The translations under genes and the position numbers were made by a program. A stretch of 64,000 nt of DNA, taken from a bacterium (lineage in GTDB: Bacteria > UBA8248). Of the stretch, positions 50,672 to 64,000 are shown one piece after another (the first letter of the stretch is position 1; every line of letters starts with the position of its first letter). The stretch lies in the NCBI GenBank assembly GCA_965213685.1, contig CBDBZY010000051.1:256001-320000 (forward strand), given 5' to 3'. The notes below the pieces were generated by a model. That model saw only the letters and a list, made by a program, of their open reading frames with translations, was not told the origin of the DNA and made no database searches.

Positions 50672-53452
50672 ATGCCTGGAGAAGGAGACAATTTGCTAGC
50701 TGGAGAGGACGCCTCGGGAGAAGCCGTACAGCGCGACCCCGGGGTGCGCAAGTTCACCTGGGAGGAGTTGAGCAAGCTCAACCAGCGACACAACGCGCAC
50801 GTTGCCGTCAGGGGAAAGGTAAGAGCGACAATGGCTGAACCAAGCCAGTGGTACACGTATCGTATCTGCATACTCACTCGCACTGCAAAGGTCACTAAAC
50901 TTTAAGGGTGACCTCTAGAAAGGTCAATTTATTGCCGTTCCGTATCTACCTACCACGAGTTTCTTTCTCCTCTTTCGTGTCTCTAACATTCTGTCCATGC
51001 ACCTCTCCCTCTCTGTTCCCGCAGGTGTACGATGTGAGTGGGTTCATTGCCAAGCACCCCGGAGGGGCTGACCAGCTGCTGCTGGGAGCAGGCAGAGATG
51101 TGACTACCCTCTTTGAGTCCTACCACAACTTCAATGTCTACAAGTGAGGGAGAGGAGAGGGAGCTAGAGAGGAGGGGAACAGACGAGGGATTCTGTCCTC
51201 ATCTCCTGTCCACCTGTGTATGTGTGTGTGTATAGGGTACTAGAGAAGTTCTATGTGGGGGAGCTGGTCAACAATGAGTTGCCGGTGTTCCCTAAGCCAG
51301 GGTAAGTCCCTCTCTCCCTCTCCCTCTCCCTCTCCCTCTCCCTCTCTCTCTCTCTCCTCTCCACTTCCATCTTCCATGTCTCACCTACCATGCGTCCCTC
51401 CCTCGTCCCCTCCCTACAGAGCCTTCTACAAGACACTGAGGGAGCGAGTGGACAAGTGTTTCAAGGACAATAACATTGTAAGTCTCTCGTGTCGTGTCGG
51501 CCTCCACCAGTAGAGTGTGTTGTGGTGAGCAGCTGTCTCCTGTTCTCACTCCCACAGGACCCTAAGATCAGCTACTGGATGTTCCTCCGATACTTTCTTT
51601 TCTTCCTCCTTGCCAACCTCTGCCTTGTAGGGCTGGTAAGCTATGCTGGGCCGCAGAGTGGGGCAGTCCTGAGCTGCCTCTCTGTTCCTCCTCAGGTCCA
51701 GTTCCATCAGGTCCTTGCTGTGTCTGTTCCCATAGCGATGGCCTGGGGGTTCTTCTCTGCACTGGTGGCTATGACATGCACACACGATGCCAGGTAAAGC
51801 CCTGCCCCTTTGGGAGGCATGTGGTTCAGTTTACCTCTCTTCCCTCCCTCCCTCCCTCCCTCCCTCCCTCCCTCCCAGTCACTTCGCTATCACGCACAAG
51901 CCCTGGGTATGGAGGGCAGTGGGTAGTGTACACGACTTCTATCAAGGAGCCTCCCTCTACACATGGATTAATCAGGTGAGTCAGCCCCTTTCATTAACAC
52001 AAAATTAGTTAACTGTACCCTTCCCTTGCAGCACACACTGGGTCACCATCCCTACACCAACATTGATGGAGCAGACCCCGACATTGTCACTGCCTCTGCT
52101 GTGAGTCTAGTGCTGGAGAATGAAGCTCTGGCCTGCTGCTCTGTGGGAGGGGCCTGGGTACAAGGCTGGCCTGCTAGCTCCTCATTTGGACTGTCCATTG
52201 TTTGGGGTGGACGTGTGGTAGTCGTTCTATTTTGTTTTCCTGTTGACTTGCTTCAGGAGACTCCAGACGTTCGGAGGATAAAGTGGGAGCAGAGATGGAT
52301 GCCTCGTTATTTCTACCAGCACGTCTACGTGCCCATGCTCTACTGTGTCGTGAGTGTGCATGTGTGTGTGTGTGTGCACGTGCGCACGTGCGTGCGTGTG
52401 TGCATGCATACGTGCATGTGTGTGCTGTATGTTAGAATGTGGTGGTGTAACTTCCTATACCACTGTATTACCCCTCTCTCCCATCAGCTGGGCATCAAGA
52501 CCAGGCTACAGGATTTCTACATCCTTTATATAATGAGAAACTGTAAGCCATCACCATGTGGCATGGAACTCTTCCTCACCCTCTTGCTCCCTCCTCCTCC
52601 TCCTCCTCCTCCTCCTCCTATCTCCAGCCACTATTCGGTTGAACAGACCCTCCAACAGGGAGCTGTTCATCTTCTTTTGTGGCAAGATGACTCATGTGAT
52701 CTACCGCTTCGTCATCCCTGGTCTGTTCGTGCCATGGCAGAGGCTGGTAAACAGGATAGAGAGAGAGAGAGGAAGGGAGAGAGAGAGAAGGGGAGGGAGG
52801 GAGGGAGGGAGGGAGGAAGGGGTTTTGAGTGGTTTTCTGTTCATCCTCAGCTGCTCTTCAATTTGATTGGTGAGATCGTTGGCAGCTACTGGCTGGCCCT
52901 CATATTCCAGACCTCCCACGTCATCAGTGAGGTGAGCAGCTGTGCCCTGCCCCCTCCCCCTGAAGAGGGGTGGGGGGTGGGGGCACTGGTCACATCCTGC
53001 CCACCTCCCCCTGGTGGGGGGAGCTGGGCATGGAGGGGTGTGAGTTAGGCCTCACTCCCTGTCATATTGCAGGTGGAGTGGCCTAAGCCGGATAAAGAGA
53101 ATGTTGTCCACATGGACTGGTGAGCTAGGAGGGGTGGGAACATGCCCCTACATTTTCTAGTGCTCTCTCCCATTCCCTCAGGGCGGAGCTGCAGGTGGCC
53201 ACAACGCAGGACTACGCCACGGATAGCTGGTTCTGGACTGTCTTCACTGGAGCACTCAACCACCAGACAGCCCACCATCTCTTCCCTGGCGTCATTCAGT
53301 CTCACTACCCCCTCATCACGCCCATTGTCAGGCAGACCTGTGAGGAGTTTGGTATCCAGTACCACTATGTGGACACCATGTGGGAGGCCTTCAACTGCCA
53401 CGTCAACCACCTGAAGAACCTTGGGCAGCACAAGGAGCTGAAGATTGAGTGA
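50672..53452 (+). CDS. Cytochrome-b5-fused Delta5-like fatty acid desaturase, copy 2
   Basis: [47 protein letters not shown]; same intron positions as copy 1. Confidence 0.92.
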
Positions 53453-53699
53453 ATGTGCTATTCATGACTACCCATTTTACCACATAAGAATTTCATAGAA
53501 TACATTTGTAGTATTTTGCACATGTCATGTATGTTGTGATGCACAGTATGTCTTCTGTGTAGCTGAACTAAGGATGAATAATATTATGAATGATACTTAA
53601 TTAGAGCAAATTATGCTGGAATCCAGTATGGCAGCGAGGAACTCATGATTTTCACAGTATTCGCATACACGAACAATCACGTGCATAGTGCACCACAAT

Positions 53700-55241
53700 C
53701 AAAGAAAGAAGAGTCACACACTTAGGCAAGCCTGAATTCAAAGGATCACAGGGATGGCTGGAGGGAGAAATGGAAGAAGAGATTTGCTATCAAACAGTTG
53801 AAGATTTGTGGTGAATCTGGTGAAGTACAGGGGGGAAACAGTAGATTATTGGAAGGACAGAAATTGTCCAGGGGTGTTGAAAGGACAACCTCTGGAATAT
53901 GGATGAAACTGGGCTGTTCTTGCATGCTCTTCCTGACCGAGGTTTTGCCCAAAAGAGTTGGAGTTGCAAGGGAGGGAAGAAATCTAAGCAGAGGGTCACC
54001 AACGCTTTGTTTGTCTCTGCTTCAGGTCACAAAGGGAAGCCAGTATTCATCTGGAAGTCAGGGAATCCAAGGTGCTTACGTGGGTTTGACAAGCCTTGCT
54101 TACCTGTTTCATACTACAGTCAGAGTATAAAGCATGGATGTCTGGAGAAATCCTTGAAGACAATTATGCTCACTAAGCTTAACCGACGCTTGTTCAAGTC
54201 CAACCAAAATATTCTTTTGTTGATGGATAATGCTGGTTGTCACCCTGAAGAATTGGTTTCCAAGTTTTCAAACATCAAGATAATCTTTCTCCCAGCCAAC
54301 ACAACTTCTGCTTTGCAACCTCTAAACCTTGGAATATTCCAAGCCTTCAAGATGTACTATATACCGCAAGCACTTTTTGAGTTACATTGTGTCCAAGATT
54401 GCTGAGTGTGACCTAGCTACTGATGTGGTGAAATCTGTGAATGTTTTGGTCACTCTCAGATGGGTTGCCCTAGCAAGTGAAGTCTGACACCATCACCAAG
54501 TGCTTCAGGAAGGCTGGTGTTTTGAATGACGTGCTTGAAGTTGTGGGTTTGGAGCATGAGGTGCTGATGTAGATCCTTTTGCTGATATTGATGAAGATTA
54601 GGAGTTGATTGAGCAAACCGGATGTGAGAGTTTCACTCCACAAGAGCTCATTAGTGGCGATGTTGATCTCCCAGTTTGTGTTGAGATGGATGATGAAAAC
54701 TGGGAGAATACTTTCCTTGAAGAGCCGACTGCAGCTGAAGGTGAAGCTGAGGATGCCAGTCAGGAAATGGATGAAGATGACGAATTTGATGATGGCCCAG
54801 TAGTACCAAAATTGAAGACTTACAAATAAGCTATAAATTATTTGGAGGATGTCTGCCAATTTTTGGAGCACAAAGGACATGAAATTGAAGCCTTGTCCAT
54901 TGGGTCGTCTATCGATCATATTGTTAATTGCTCTAAAAAATTCCAACTCATGACAAGCCACACTTTATACATCACTCAATGAACATCGACTATATACCTT
55001 GCCCATTATAGACCATTCCAGTCACAGTTATTATAACCACAAACTTCATCTGGATACATGTAAAATGTATTATCAAGTCACACAGAATACATTGAAGATT
55101 TTTAAATCATACTAGGGGCAAATATCTGAAAAGAGGGGATACTAGGGGGGGATACAAGGCAAATATCTGAAGAGGACAACCTCTGAAGAGAGGACAAAGG
55201 CTGTGGTCCCAAAGTGTCCTCTGTTCAGATGTTCTACTGTA
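53700..55241 (+). mobile_element. Degenerate pogo/Tigger DNA transposon: frameshifted transposase, right end intact, left end not visible
   Basis: CENP-B-type HTH remnant (FKGSQGWLE..KKRF) and [34 protein letters not shown]. Ends ...GTTCTACTG|TA at 55239-55241. The left boundary is approximate. Confidence 0.85.
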
Positions 55242-55300
55242 CCCACGATGCGTTCTATGAAATTCTTATGTGGTAAAATGGGTACTCATGAATAGCACAT

Positions 55301-59856
<4,556 letters not shown>

Positions 59857-59896
59857 TCTCGAGCGTGTGTTCCACACCCTAGCTAATGTCGAAGCA

Positions 59897-59971
59897 ATGG
59901 AGCGCCAAATGCGACAAAAATTACCGTTCAAATTTTTAAATTACTTATTTTTGTCGCATTTGGCGTTCCAT
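59897..59971. repeat. Hairpin with 25-bp arms just upstream of desaturase 3
   Basis: ATGGAGCGCCAAATGCGACAAAAAT ... ATTTTTGTCGCATTTGGCGTTCCAT (one mismatch). Confidence 0.85.
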
Positions 59972-60079
59972 AAAGTGTAGCCGGCGTGATCGACCATAGA
60001 GCCATACGTAGCAGACCTCGTGGATGGCGTCCGGCACACAGCAGTCCGCTCAACCGCCCGCGGCTACTGACGAAGACGA

Positions 60080-60478
60080 GGTTCGCGAGTGTTGCTCACT
60101 AGTGTTCGATATTGTAGAAATAGGGATTCATGATCTGCAGCACGGCGGTGTAGTAGACGCAGAAGGTATGGCTACACATTGTGTTCCTGCCAAAGATTCA
60201 ACAGCAGGTTTCGTTCTGGTTGGTGCTGCCATCGAATGCGGTCAGAACATAACAAAACTCCAAATCAACTGTATACGCATGGATAGAAAGGATAAATGCA
60301 CTTGCCACGAGTGATCCAGAACACACTAGTAGATGGTCTGACGCAAACTCAGGTAAGTTATTTCATATAAATTAATTAATCATCCTCCAATCATCCTGCA
60401 TACCTGCCTTTCACATCTTTTCAGGTGGAAGAATTTGGCATGGACCAGTTGGGAGAGACGATAATCGGGATGCAACAG
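60080..60478 (+). pseudogene. Possible decayed integrase-like (IS3EU-type) transposase fragment
   Basis: Across frameshifts it reads LHIVFLPKIQQQ...FRSGWCCHRMRSEHNKTPNQLY, resembling the C-terminal integrase-core motif LHxVFLPxI...FxxxWNxHxxRTExNxTPxQL (from recall). Confidence 0.4.
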
Positions 60479-60636
60479 TTAGGCCAGACCAAATTAATTA
60501 TCTGTTTCACGGATCCGGCGGGTCAAGATTTTTAGCTTCCAGGAAAAAAAATATTAATTGCGTGGGCGATGTCCGACACCCACGGACATAGTACATATAG
60601 TTGGGGGGTGCTCTAAATAGAATAACCGCGTGGCCT

Positions 60637-61363
60637 TTAAGGTTACGGGATAGTGTTTGCTAATTAATATTCATGAGAATTTTAGGTAGTATATTTTTCA
60701 GCACAGGAATAAGCTACAAGAACCCAGCAAACGGCAAATGAATCTATATATACCATATTTCATAGCTATATAGTTTTGTTGCTGCTACACCAATAGCATT
60801 CACGCTGGTCAGGGAGTCCACCACCACAGCTTCGCGACATTTTTTGGCGTCAGTTTTTGCTTACATGAAGGTGTGCAACAACGGTTTCTTCACACAGGCG
60901 GGGCGTGTAGGACCTAATGCAGGTCGGCATAAAGAGTTTCGGGCTTTAGCTACCCTGTGAGCGAAGTAGTGACCGCTTTGGTGGCTTAAATCCGTCGCCA
61001 ACCCACGATCTCCTCGACGTATCAGGCTCTACCTCGTGAACGAAACGTCATGTATACAAATTTCTTTCATGCCGACCTAGCTATTTCATCGTATAATACG
61101 ATCGACGAAGAATATACGGTGGAACGTCAGAACCGCGAGAGAAAACTGACGCCAAAATTCTCGCGCTCGTCCGTGCGCTACACGTAGCGGCTGTACAGAG
61201 CTCTCCCGCACATTCAGCCACAGACGCTGCATAGCGATGAAGTGCAGTATACATTGGTTCTTAAGCTATTTACTGCGTTTCTCTAGCTTTTACCCCTACT
61301 GAGAAAATAAGTAGCTATTCTTCTTATGAATATTAATGAGCAAACACTATCCCGTAACCTTAA
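60637..61363. mobile_element. MITE with TTAA target duplication and GG...CC ends (Kolobok-like)
   Basis: TTAA|GGTTACGGGATAGTGTTTGCT...AGCAAACACTATCCCGTAACC|TTAA; about 40-bp TIRs plus internal inverted pairs near 60842/61157 and 60922/61079. Confidence 0.8.
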
Positions 61364-61383
61364 TAGCCAGCTAGACCAAGAAA

Positions 61384-64000
<2,617 letters not shown>

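Noticed and set aside
60024-60314. 96-aa ORF as a real gene
   Set aside because: Recognisable motifs are split across frames, which fits a decayed transposase better.
60637-61363. piggyBac assignment for the TTAA-flanked element
   Set aside because: Its ends are GG...CC, not the CC...GG typical of piggyBac.

Overview
Gene-dense, intron-rich animal DNA. It is probably a demosponge (inference from gene content and the Roco/death-domain gene). Gene order, built by manual exon joining: (1) the 3' part of a Roc-COR-death-domain gene; (2) CHD1L/ALC1 (-), ending in an extra XRCC1/LIG3-like BRCT domain; (3) clathrin heavy chain (+); (4) SETD1 (+); (5) paxillin (-); (6) PPP4C (+); (7) CCDC42/CFAP73-like (-); (8) three spliced, apparently intact cytochrome-b5-fused desaturases of the fungal/protist (Mortierella-like) Delta5 type. 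A WD40 gene lies between desaturase copies 1 and 2. Copies 2 and 3 form an inverted duplication around a one-ended pogo/Tigger relic. The right end is a transposon nest with an apparently intact, spliced Zator-type DD43E transposase that the ORF track misses because it runs off the window. Splicing oddities: two U12-type introns (one AT-AC), five GC-AG introns, and a strand-dependent polarity of intronic microsatellites (GT/GGGA next to donors, CA/CCCT next to acceptors). All calls come from reading the sequence and recalling protein families; no searches were run.
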